A DNA stretch of 64,000 bases from Balanoglossus misakiensis. Taxonomy: Eukaryota > Animalia > Hemichordata. The notes under the pieces were generated by a model. It made no database searches, had not been told where the DNA came from, and saw nothing but the letters and a program-made list of their open reading frames with translations. Position numbers and translations under genes: made by a program. Location of the stretch: contig CM082576.2 in assembly GCA_040954595.2 (NCBI GenBank), forward strand, positions 16,601,028 through 16,665,027, read 5' to 3'. Below, piece by piece: positions 11,301 through 23,400 of this stretch (the first letter of the stretch is position 1; every line of letters starts with the position of its first letter).

Positions 11301-13087
11301 GCCCATCTTGGCAAAAGCGCACATACTCTGTCAAGGGTATCAGGAAACTGCTTCCGATCGAAATGATTCTGAAAATGTAGCACATGTGTCTATTTTTCTG
11401 AATTGGTTGCTAATAAGTTAGTCACTGGTTACATGTTAGCGTAGGTCAAGTTCGGGGGAAAACTGGTGCCATCGAACAGTTGCCTGTCAAGTCATATCTT
11501 CAGTAATACAAATGCAGATGAACTTGCCTTCATAGTTTTGAAAGTATATCAGAGAAAATCCATTTTGTGAATTCCATTCGACCTTTTCAATATCTCCACC
11601 ACCACTTCTTCTTGGATTTTCAAAGTAGAGTCCCAACATGTCCTTGTCTGTACCCGCTGGTAGATTTGTAACCATTATACAGTTGGTATGATATACAGGT
11701 TCCACGATAAGGTTTGCTCTGTTGAGTTTCTTCTGGTTTATCTTGTCGACCATTCTTTCAAAATCTGTAAATCACAGAACATTGGACACACTCACTTCCT
11801 CTGGGTATCTTCATTCAAATTTGTGTGCGAGTGGTTAGGTTCAATAATTAAAAATAATCAATACACAGTGAATCTGACCCGACATCTGATTCTCGCTACC
11901 TTAAATAGGTCTTTGCTCCCTAGCTGAGTGATAAAAATCTCATATGGTCCAGATAATTTCAAGATGGCCGATTTATGCCGTATTTAAGAAATGGAAGTTC
12001 ATATAGACTAAAGTGATACTAGTATGCTAATTACAAAGACAGAAATGTTTGATTAACAGAAGTCATGATATATAGCTAACATATCATTCCTTCTATCTCT
12101 TACTACTGTGAGTTGTCGACCTTTTACCCAGAATGCAATTATTATAATGTGATATGACCCCCTAGCACAAAGTGAAACCTTATTTAAGGCAGCCAGAATT
12201 AGATTATATATATATTAATCGTTTCGATGCCCTTCAATATACCTGTTATCTCCTGGATATATCGGACCATTACTCTGCCTCCTTCTCCAAATATTAATTG
12301 CGGTGCCTCTTCTATGCCCGTTCTATTCTCCAAGAAAAGATCCAAGTGATCTCTGGTGGTACCTTCGGCAATACCATTTAGTATGAAACATCTTTTGTCC
12401 TGTGGCGTATTCGGTGTGTTGCCGGCAGAATCTGTTTCCTGATCCGTCATGGCGGCGCCTCCTGCTGTGCGAACTGTTTGCGAGAGTACCCGTCTTGCAA
12501 CTGAAGGGACCAGATAATTTGATCCGTCATCAAATTTGGCAGGAGAGAAGGCTTTGCCTATTCAGGTATTATAAATGTGCATGGAAAACTCTCTTGTTTT
12601 TTTACTTCGATTGGATATGTTTTGCACTTGAAAGTGCTGCGGTTATAGTTGAAACTGACAAAAAAAATCATTCAACTTACCCATAGGTTTGGGTTTTTCT
12701 TTTCTACCTGGTCGTACTGTCAAATTTTCACCGGCTACGACATGATTCTTGCGTTGAAGAACTCTCTGTGCAGCTGTTAAGAATACAAGTATTTCACAAT
12801 ATCATAATCCGGGATCAAAGTTCATGGAGATGACCTCCTGTTCATATCTGATTAATACAGTCATCAATAATTTTATTATCACGTGATTTACGAATTACAG
12901 TAACGAGTAATAATCAAATAATACCTTGTGGTTCCTGGTAGGTTATCTTGATTATACCTGGGATTGTTGAATCGAAGTTTTTAATAGAACCACCGCCCGA
13001 CCTTTTGCTCTCGAAGTACAGCTCAAGTGTATCTAGGTTGATGTCTGTTGTATACCCAATCACCTCTATCACGCATGCGTAGTCCAT
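8386..13087 (-). CDS. PARP14-like protein B: 3 RRM, KH array, 1 degenerate macrodomain, no WWE/ART domain (~1135 aa)
   Basis: Exons 13087-12925, 12773-12681, 12557-12243, 11764-11528, 11234-9559, 9426-9349, 9231-8386 join in one frame (3408 nt). The 237-nt and 78-nt exons match gene A in size. Motifs ELYFESKRSGGG, LYFENPRRSGGGDI and GDMIKETVDVVVNSTN. ATG in good Kozak context (gccATGG). Confidence 0.85.
11895..12025. repeat. Dispersed repeat fragment; second copy at ~35782-35902
   Basis: Both loci share ctaccttaaataggt...tgagtgat...catatggtc...aatttcaagatggccgattt...aaatggaagttc...ctaaagtgata. Confidence 0.7.
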
Positions 13088-13590
13088 GGCGACCTTATTA
13101 AATGAAACTAAATTTAAACATTTTAGCACAACAAGAAATACAACGTTTTTGTTTAATTTAGACCCACAGTCACTTAAATCGACTAAAATGAAATGATTTT
13201 CATTTGGAGTTTAAACCGACTTTGAAAAGTGCCAAATCTCTGCTACTCGAATCGTTATTCCTCTAAAACCAACCAAGAACATTTTTTGTAACGAAAGCAG
13301 GGTAATACCTTTGATAATTACATGACGAGGTCCCTGGAAGTTCGTTCAGGGTCAGAACCAAAAATTATTTGTTCATTGGGTCTCTAGATTAACAACATTT
13401 GATAAGTATCGGTCATATGTAGTTTCCTCGTAGAAGTAGGTCAATGTGTCTAGAGTGTAAAGTGGCGAGCGTCGCGTTACATATACAATGTTCAAACTGG
13501 GCAACTTCCCCCGTGTTACATGAAGAGTGAGTGGCATTACATATGCAAAAAAATCAACAATACCAGAAGCAACTATGTTGTCATACTAAC

Positions 13591-13740
13591 CTGGTATAAA
13601 ATGGCGGCGACTCGAACTGCGCAATCGGAGCACTTGACTTAGTTCTATAACTTCCTGGTCCGTGGTTCACACACTGTTAGCCAATAGGAGGGTGCAGTAA
13701 ACGTGCCGTGTATTGATATAGCTCATAGGGGAACTCCATA
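13591..13740 (-). promoter_or_regulatory. Probable first non-coding exon and promoter of gene B
   Basis: Minus-strand donor CAG|GTTAGT at 13590, YY1-like AAAATGGCGGC (~13598), ETS-like ACTTCCTG (~13649), CCAAT (~13681), kB-like GGGGAACTCC (13728-13737). Confidence 0.45.
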
Positions 13741-13814
13741 CATGCCATTTGTCCTTCCGTGTGCGGAAACGTGGTATTTCTGTTATACAAACTCATCCAG
13801 TCATCCAAACATCT

Positions 13815-14330
13815 GAGAGATAAATTACGATAATTCTTGATTTTTAATGAGAAATTATCATCGACTAAAAATAAGACTTTGTCAGCTAGAACCTTGAGTA
13901 GTTTTAACTTTGTAGGGTGTAAAACGTAAGAACCAAGATGTTTCGGTAAGAACCACGGCTATGCATGAAAATGCCTATTAAAGAACCTTGGTGATTTCAG
14001 AGAGATAAATTACGATAATTTTTAATTTTTAATGAGAAATTATCGTCGCATCGACTAAAAATAAGACTTTTTCAGCTAGAACACTGACTTGTTTTGACTT
14101 TGTAGGGTGTAAAACGTAAGAACCACGATTTTTCGGTAAGAACCACGGCTATGCATGAAAATGCCTATTTAAGAACCTTGGTGTATGGAAATTCGTATTT
14201 AAGAACCTTGGTGATTTCGGAGGGATACATTACGATAATTGTTAATTTATAATGAGAAATTATTATCACATCGACTAAAAATAAGACTTTTCCAGCTAGA
14301 ACACTGACTTGTTTTGACTTTGTAGGGTGT
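13815..14330. repeat. Tandem repeat, ~185-bp unit, about 2.6 copies
   Basis: The unit gagagataaattacgataatt...catcgactaaaaataagacttt...tttgtagggtgt...gaaccttggtgatttc starts at ~13815, ~14000 and ~14220. Confidence 0.85.
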
Positions 14331-15694
14331 TTTGTTTCTTCACAAGGTTTTGACCGGTATTCAGTTGATAAGGTCACTTGCTGTTTTCATCGTTGTTGCA
14401 GTCATCGGGCAAGAGAACCCACCAATCAGCAACGAGCAATGTAAGTACATGTACAATATTCACCTACCACGTGACCTGATCTAACCAATGTGCGAGCGTT
14501 CAGTGTGCCAAAGAGAGTTGGTCCAACTCGACCGTCAGAGCAGTGTATACAACCTAAACTTCACACTCCAATCGCAGCTGTTTTGTAATAAAATAAGTTT
14601 ATAGCAAACTTTATTTTTTTCTCCTCGTTCAGGTCATTATGCGGCGAAGGGAATGCCAAGCAGTGGCCTTATGCCATTCATGCAATCATTTATGTGTGAT
14701 ATGCTGAACCAGTGCCAAAATAACATGACTACGCCAAGTAACCAAATTCCAGCTTATGCAGGTGCACAGTAAGTAATATGCTAAAATATACAGGTCGCAT
14801 TGGCGGCTGAGATATATTTAATATAGGGACTCGAGTCTGCACCTATTCCAGCTTCAACAAGATTTGCCCAATCTGATGCAGTTTCCGAGTAATGTCGACA
14901 CACACATGATTTGAACTCTAATGTCGCCGAATTCCTGTCTTTTTTCCAGAATATCAAACATACTAGAAGAACTGCAACCACTTTTCGTAAACGATACATT
15001 GTTGCAACAGTTGACAAATTTATCTTACAAAAATGAATGTTCAGCCAATCAACGAGCTGACATCGACAATCAATCAGGGAATCCAAAATCTCACAGGTAG
15101 GTGGTTCTCTTATCTAGAATGTACATTAGAATTTTCTTTGAACTCTTCGCACGTCTGACATGACAGGATAAACACGCGAGTGATGCTCACGGAAATGTAA
15201 GCGAGGAATCCATGTTCCGTTTCCGTGGCAAAAAAATGTAAACGAACCAAAAACTGATATCGGCTGTGTCATGTAATATATACAAATAATTCATCAAACA
15301 ATTGAAAGATATTCTTCGTGTTTCTACAAGCTAAAAATATTTCTTCCGAATTTGGAGAGGTGGTTGTTTATAAAGTGTGAGACTTGTTCTGTTACGCATT
15401 TTATTGCTAAAATAACGTCAAGGTCGGTTGAGGGCGTGTCTCCACATGCCCCCTGTTGTCAAGCTGTTTACTACAATCGAGTTCATACCTGCAGTGTCTC
15501 GAACTAATTCTGTTCGGCCAATTTTCAGTAAAACCGTTATTATCACTAACCATGAACCTTTCTTTTGAACTGGTCATCTTCTGGATTTCAGGAAAAGAAT
15601 ATATGATGTTAATATACCATTGGGACCTTATGGGGTCGGTTACATCTGTATGTCATAAACGTCATTTTTTTTAAATTCATCTTTCAAGTGTTTT

Positions 15695-16575
15695 GCATAA
15701 CATGCCAAGACAAACCCGTTCCCTCCAATATAAGATAGGGACGGTAATTAATTGCAATAGGGGCCTAATAAACAGACGATGGTCTAAAAGATATCGTTGG
15801 TGGTGCTATCCCGGACAGACAGGGTCACGATGGGGTCACGTACGTCTATGATACCGCAAACAAGTCAACTCCACGCTTAATTCAACCTGTCCGCCAGACT
15901 GGTAACTTTTTTACTATCAGTCTGATGGAAAAATAACCAGTCTCGGACTGTCGGACAGGCGTTATTTCGAATAGTGTGTAGTGCATAACATACCAATATA
16001 GGCCTTAGATAGGGACGGTCGATCGGCCACACAAATTATCAGGTCATTATTTCTCCACTTTAATATGGTCACTTTTTGTAGGATATAACAAGACAAAACC
16101 GCTCTCTCCCATATAAATTATAAGATAGGGTCAGTCAATCAGCTGGCCACGCACACAAATTATCGTGCCGCGTGCTCTGTGTGTACACCTATGTGTTAGT
16201 GAAGCTTCCGTTTGCTTAATAATCGTAGAAATTCAAGCAGTGTTTGCCTACGGCCATACCACGTCGAATACACCGGTTCTCGTCCGATCACCGAAGTTAA
16301 GCTGCGTTGGGCGTGGTTAGTACTTGGATGGGTGACCGCCTGGGAATACCACGTGCCGTAGGCTTGAATTTTTCCTGATTCTTAACTTTTGCATTAAACA
16401 GTCTTCCTTTTTGTCGTCGTAAACGTCCATTTTTAATTAATATTTTTTCTCTCCAAATTCTTTAATTCCATGATCATATATTTTTGTTGAACATAACTTC
16501 ATAAACCGTTCTCTCCTCTATAGGTCTAAGCTATAGGCGCTCGATGGACAACATACAAATTACCAGGTCGGGCTC
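15695..16575 (+). repeat. Degenerate subrepeats flanking the 5S gene (5S spacer-like)
   Basis: Related units ataac...aaaccg(t/c)tc(t/c)ctcc...tataag/ttagatagggacggt...cacaaattatc at ~15697, ~15986, ~16085 and ~16493. Confidence 0.6.
16246..16365 (+). rRNA. 5S rRNA gene (single dispersed copy)
   Basis: GCCTACGGCCATACCACG...CCGAAGTTAAGC...GTTAGTACTTGGATGGGTGACCGCCTGGGAATACC...GTAGGCTT. The ends pair (helix I), box A and box C are intact, and a T5 Pol III terminator follows at ~16369-16373. Confidence 0.97.
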
Positions 16576-17422
16576 GGAGTGAGTAGTGTCCAGCTTACGT
16601 TGAGTTCGCTCTCGTGCTGTTTGCGTGTGATAGATATTTTAAAAGATCCAGAATATGTGAAAAGTTACCTCAGGGATGAAGCGGGGATTGAAGAAGAGAT
16701 TCTGGATGTCTTCTTGAATGCCACTATAAATATCAACAGGGTAAGTTGGGGTGCGCCCTCTTAGGTCGAATATTTCCCCTTTTGCTCAATCAAACTTTAA
16801 TATTGTAAAACAAATTATTGGTGAGTGTCTGCACTATCCCATATGCATGTACATCATACTTGTGATCACAATACATGTACATGTATGTACAAAAGAGGCT
16901 TTACTTCCTTCGTGTTTGGTGTAATTCTACACCTGTGAAAGAGGGCAATACATTGCCTCAAGCTAAGAAATCTGACAAGCCATAATAGAAAAGGAGTGCA
17001 CGTACCAGTAAAACTGTAACAGAGACAGAAAGAAGCTTTGGTACAGACAAGCATACAAAACAGTTGAGTATCATTTTGACTGTAAATTTTAGTATTTGGT
17101 ATGCGTAGTATAGATCTTCAATAATATGAGTAATCCCAGCAGTTATAGAATATGTACTACTTGTCCATTGGTACAATTGAAAGTGGACGAGCTAGTACAT
17201 CAATGTATGCATGCATTGTTGTATATAGATATATAAAATATAATCGCCGTTATTGGGGTTTGATTCCATCTGATATGCCTAATTTAATATCGTTTTATTT
17301 TCTCCATATTCATCGTTTTCAAATTACTCTGTGAGAAAATTTGTTAGCGATATATGTACGAGATATCAGTGAATTGGTGCTGGGTTTACTAGGCAAACAG
17401 TGGGCTGTACAGTTATAGTTTA

Positions 17423-20400
17423 ATGAAACTTGCTACCTGGGTAAAGGGTCGTTGCTATAGTGAGCATCTGTTGTTGATCGCTACAAGCGCTTATGTAATC
17501 CCTGACAATCCTGTTGGCAACTCCAGTAGTCTGTAAACAAAACTCTGTTTGGGGTCAATGTTCTAATTTGCATAACAATGCAGAATCTATTGAGCACTTG
17601 TTGGGCTTCAGTGAGCTCATTAGCATAACAAAATATTGAGTTTAATTGTGCATACACCATTTCCCAAGACTATGAATATTCAACTGTGTTAACGAGGTTA
17701 CACTGAAGTCGTGTTGAATGGAAACAGCAACAGATGTGTTCAGCTGTAGTTGGTATTGAACCCTTGGATCTGTAACTTCATTATCATAGATTACTGTTTT
17801 TAAGTCAACTTTGACACATGAAGGAAGGCGGGATTTCACTAAACCAGTTTCGGATATCAAGATTCTTTACCCATTATGTAGGATTTTAATTTCCACTCTC
17901 AGGTTTCACAGAACACGAACAGAAGGTGGGTATATACTCGTCTAACAGCAATATTGTATTACAACAAAGATTGTTGGTTATTTGGATTGCTAATGTTTAA
18001 CATGATTTATATGAGTGACCAATACCTGATAGCAGTATGTTATTAACAAGATGCCCGTAACCTTGAATCTGACCGGTATATATAGTGTATATAAGTGTCA
18101 ACTATATAGCTGTAGTGTCTTGAATTGCATTTATGTACGTATCGTGAGCTTGCAAGCAGAATATATTAGTTTTCACTGGTTTCAATGACATGTACTTGTC
18201 TGGTTGACAATCTATGAAATATGAACAAGTATATTTATGATGATAATTAGTTTAGTCAGTGTTATTCTGCCAAAGTTTAGAAATATAGTCAATTCAATCC
18301 ACCTGCTTGGGTCTGTAAGGAACATATTCTCAAAAGTACTATTTGCTTAGTAATCTAGACTAAACAGTTCAAATTTAGAGGCAGTATATACAGATCTAGA
18401 CTACCTTCATGATTTAAATACTCGTGGGTATTTTATACATGTAATTGAAACTGAAAAGTTTGTGGAGGGGCCATGTTTTTTGTGTGTGCACAGACCAGGG
18501 GTAGAACAAAAGTGGGCACTTACTTGCATGGGAATAATATGCTTCAATTTAACAATGAATCTCAACATATTTGTTTGTTTACATCAATTACTGATTTATA
18601 GAGCTTATAATATTGTGATAGCACACCATCATCTGTACATGAGGGCATTTTCAGAGCTCTAAAAATATTAATAATTGGCATGAAGATAATAAATTCCAAA
18701 ATGAGTTAAAAATTAAAGCCTGTCAGTTGCTTCTTTCTGTGATTTTGCTTTTAGATTTAGATTGGCCCATATGATTTATTAACAATTTTTTTCAAGCTCT
18801 GATTGAAGCTGTTTTTGTATACATGTGAATAAATAGGTGCTACGCCCATTATTCAGATACGCATTAAAGGAATACACAACTGTCACTATACTGTATGCTC
18901 TGCACATGCACATTAGAATCTAATTAACAAAATCAAATTGAGGATGTCTGTCACCTGAGCATTTTGTCATTAAAAATGCTAAATGTAGTAGCTTTTGAAT
19001 AGACACACATTTCACATTTGTGTAGAAAATATGTTCTCACCCTGTTAATGGTGAAAGGAAATACATTTAGCAGGATCATGTGTCTTATTTCAAGCAATTA
19101 CTTTCATAGGAAGCAGAGGGTAATGACTGTTGCTAGGCTACATAATGATACACATGCATCCATGATGAAGGATACATTTATTAGCAAGTTAAGTTTTAAT
19201 CCAAATAAACACAACCTGGCTATTTTGAACGCCATGGTTACTTCATACATATATACATATATGGTGACTGTGTTATCGCAAATGACAGAATAGACAAGTA
19301 CACAAGTGTGGCAGGATTTCATTCATAAAAATCACTTTGCACATTATGTGAAATTATCAGCAGCCAAAACCAGTGAATAGCATGATATTAATAAACCAAT
19401 GCCTGGTAATATGTTGTCAAGAGTCAACTGAGCAATTGTTGAATTGACCTGTCACCTACAGCGACACATTTATGATATACTGAGATAACTGAACCCTGAT
19501 TCTATTATAGTATTTAAGATTTAAGTACCAGAGACTAGTCCAAGGTCAAGCACATTGTATTGTAGCATTCTTTACAATCTGTCAATGTCAGCTGTAAAAT
19601 TTCCAATCAACAAGTTGCCAGGTTTGTTCACATGCAGTGACCTCCATTCTGAATATCCCTGAAAGGACTGTCATGAAAATTATGGTCCAGGGCAAAGACT
19701 TGAAGAAAGCTCTCTATAAGAAATTAAAAAAAAAAAAGAGTGACCCCATGTGTTCTAAGCATAATGAGAAACTCATTAACATAACAATTGTTTATAATGT
19801 TATGCAAATAAACCTTAATTCTGTTAGGAATTCCTTGGAAGAACACTGCCCCACTACCAAACTACATGAGTAAATCTGGAAAAAATAATGCAATTAAAAA
19901 CACTGTCAAATTTCTTGCAGTGACCTTGAAAATGGAAACAGAGATGAAAGTGGCTTAAAATGTGAACAGCTATTGCTGAACATCAAAAACAAACAGAAAA
20001 TGGAAATGGATGAAAAAACTAATGATATCACAGAGGAATGTATTAACAGTAATGGTGCAATGATGTATGGAGTTACTGCAGCAGAGAAAGATCATATTAA
20101 TGATGCAGAGGTAGGTTAATAATTGAACTTCAATACAATCCAAGATTAAATCCTTCTCTTCTGCTAATGTTTTCTTCAAGTTTTAGTTTTCTGTGAGGAG
20201 TGGCATTATCGTAATTGTGATTTACACAGTCAAGAATAACAAGCTAATTTTGTTTTTGCAAATCTGTGTGGTACAAAAACACATTTCCAAGTTCACAAAT
20301 GTGACATATATTATTTCACATCCAAAATAAAAAACTTAACATCCATCACATTGCTTTCAGACTACCTATTATTAATTCACTTATAAACTGTATGGACTCA

Positions 20401-23400
20401 GGAACTTGGAAAATGTTCAATGCAGTTGACAATGTTATATGTGTCCCAGAGACTCATACTCATTCTTTTCCATGTAATAAGTGACTTCATTCATAAATTG
20501 TTCCCTTCTCTATTTTACTTATAGCCATCACAGAAAAGTAGTCACAAGCGGAAAAAGAAATCTCACAAGAAAGATAAGAAAGCAAGGAAATATGACAAGG
20601 AGCGGTACTTAACAGACAGAGGAGAAAGTACAATGAAGGTATTATTTACTAAGTCTTTACAACTTGTTATGAACAGGAAGGATGAACATGCATGTTCAAC
20701 ATCAGCATTTCACATCTTTTTAATTTTTTCTATTATGTGTAGCAGCTATAATGTTGCATAATTGTTTCAAGAAAGATTTTAATGATAAAAATGTCAGTGA
20801 TGTATATTTTTCAATTGGAACACAGCAATGCTATAATTATATAAATGTAATTTGGTAGGATGGCAAATACGTTATTTTAAAGGTGATTTTAACCAAATTT
20901 CACTCCTGTACTTGTCTTGAAAAATGAAAGAAAACATACATGCATTATTTTGTGAGATTTCAACCAAAGATTCCTAGCAAGTGAGTAAAATCACATGAAT
21001 GAATGAATGAATGAATGAATGAATGAATAAATGGGTCATTTGTATACACAGGGGCTGGCTATGCTTGCATTTCATGGTCATTATTCGAAGTGGCTTTGTC
21101 ATTTCTAAGCATACTGTAAAACAGGTTATTTTCATGATGAGCAATAAATTTCGTGAGCAATAAATTTTCGCAAAATACGCAAGAGCCAAAAAAACATGAA
21201 AATAAAAACGTTGTGTAAAATGTTTTTCGGAGATGACGAAAAGAGAACACGAAAATTAATCATCGCATAACAGTTGCCTGCCCCCAATATGATATCGCGA
21301 AAAATTTCCTGTTGTGAAAATAACCCGTTATACAGTATTCCATTTGCTACAATTTGATCGCATTGTGGATTGCAGCATCCCACTTTACAATATCCCATAA
21401 CACAGGTATATAGTCAGAAAGGGTCATCACATTCTTTACCATGTTTGTATAAAATGGTATACTAAGGCCAGACCTGTCAATATGTTACGTCACTGCTTGT
21501 GTTATGAGAGTAGATAGAAAGTCTATAAGTTCTGTGTTAGGGTCAATTTCATGATGAAGGTTCGTTGCACAGAAAATATAAATATTTCCCCAACAAAGAT
21601 TCTCTCTTCTAATTTCACAGATAGAAAAATATGAACAGGATGTGAAGAAAATGCAGCTTGATTCACACAACACTGAACTCAGTCATGAAGAAAGAATGGA
21701 GAAATTAAAATATACAGAGAGCGAGCTAACTCTGTTAGAGGAAGAATTGGACAGAAGATTTAAACAATGCCAGGATTTCAAAGAAGAAGTAAGTATTTTA
21801 AGTCTTAACGATGTACATACATTGTAATAAAATCCTCCACCCCCTGGAAGTATTTTCTGAACACTCCCTAAGTCTTATATTACAAGAAATATGTCAGACG
21901 AAACCATTACCAGATAGTACTATGGTACATTACATGTACTGGAGATATTTGGCAAATCGATCACTTTTATGAAGGAGTCTGTGAATAAAAAATCTGTATG
22001 TATTCAATGGTAATATCAATCTCAAGGAATGTACACTGTAATTGGTACAGTTGTTTGAGGGCGCTCTGTACCTCCATCCCAAAAAACGACATGATGATAA
22101 AGGTGTGAGAAATGTTCAGTGTGTATTCACTAATTCTAATTCATTTTTGTAAATGTTTGGTGTACAGATTGAAGAAGCAGAGAAATATTTTGGCAGGAGA
22201 CAGGATATAATGAACACCAAAGAAGACTTGTTGGTTCAATTAGATGAGGTGAGTTAATTATAAAGCTCCATAATAGCTGTAACTTTCGGTATGTTTTAGG
22301 TATTTTTATCGTGTACTTACAGCAGTTTCTTGGTCAAATTTATGGAACTTTTTGAAATGCCCAGCTCTTAGCTTATCAACACAATATTTGTATATAGTCA
22401 GCATTGCTGTTGTGCAAAATTTGAATTCATTTGTCAACACTAACATTGGCTGTTACACAAGTACAGGCTATGTTGACAAGTGGAGTGCTGGGTTTATTGG
22501 CATGCTGCTTGGAAAAGAACAAGAAATTGTTTTTGATACACAGGGCAAAAATGCTGGTAATAAAACCACAAATTACAGCTAATGTCTCTTTAATGACCTT
22601 TAGCATGCGGAAACTATTAAGAGGAAATGGATTATTCAGTCTAATTACCAATTTCAATGCCAACGGTCCATACCAGATGCTTTATGAAGAAATTTTAGCC
22701 TTTAGTCAGACAGCAAATATGGAATTTCATTTTTTAAACTGAATTATTTTTTCTAAACAAATAATAGTACCACATTACACATCTACACGTCGTATCTTTG
22801 AAGTTGAGTAAATATTTAAAACTTCCATTTCACAAAGCAGTATTCTAAATTCAATGACAAAGTGGCTATTTTTCAAGTGAGCAGTTTTGAATTTGAGCAA
22901 ATATTTAAAACGTTTATTTTGCAAGCAGCATGCAACATTAAATGATAGAGTTGTTATTTTTCAAGTGAGAAGTTTGAATACAGTTCGGACTAATGAAACA
23001 TGTTCAATCATTATTTTTGCTCTGATCGCATTCTGCAAGTAGATACAAGCAAGTATTTTGGTGACATTAATTTAAAATGCCAGAAATCAACTAAACGATC
23101 TCTTCTCAACAACTAAGCATTTTTTAGTTTGTTCAACCACACAAATATAAACTTCTTTCAAAAGTGGTATCAATTAATTGATCAATCTAGACACTGAGAC
23201 AGTCTTCAGATGAGTTTTGTTCATCAGTAAAATTACATGTACTCCTAAATGCAGACAAATGAATTTATTGAAAAAAAATAACCCAAAATTGTATGAACCC
23301 TAAACATTGAAGGGCTTCTTTAAGTCATTTAAATTAAAAACGTAGGAATAGAACTTCCCAATTCTGCCGTGTTAATTCCTATCAATCACTTCGTGTGATT

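Larger units (their letters stand above)
14377..16740 (+). pseudogene. ABCA-family (ABCA1/ABCA4-like) transporter pseudogene fragment covering TM1 and the start of extracellular domain 1
   Basis: Exons ~14377-14440, 14633-14768, 14950-15096 and ~16620-16740 give LAVFIVVAVIGQENPPISNEQC-HYAAKGMPSSGLMPFMQSFMC and LRVIDILKDPEYVKSYL, matching recalled ABCA1 (ECHFPNKAMPSAG.LP..Q...C) and ABCA4 (IRIRDILKDEE) motifs. The 5' end is cut by the tandem repeat and no further ABCA exons are visible. Confidence 0.75.

Noticed and set aside
137-13087. One giant gene joining both PARP14-like units
   Set aside because: Gene B has a stop at 8388-8386 with no evident donor before it, and gene A has its own start exon and promoter-like motifs.
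16246-16365. 5S-derived SINE3
   Set aside because: The 5S sequence is full length and followed at once by a T-run terminator, with no LINE-like tail.
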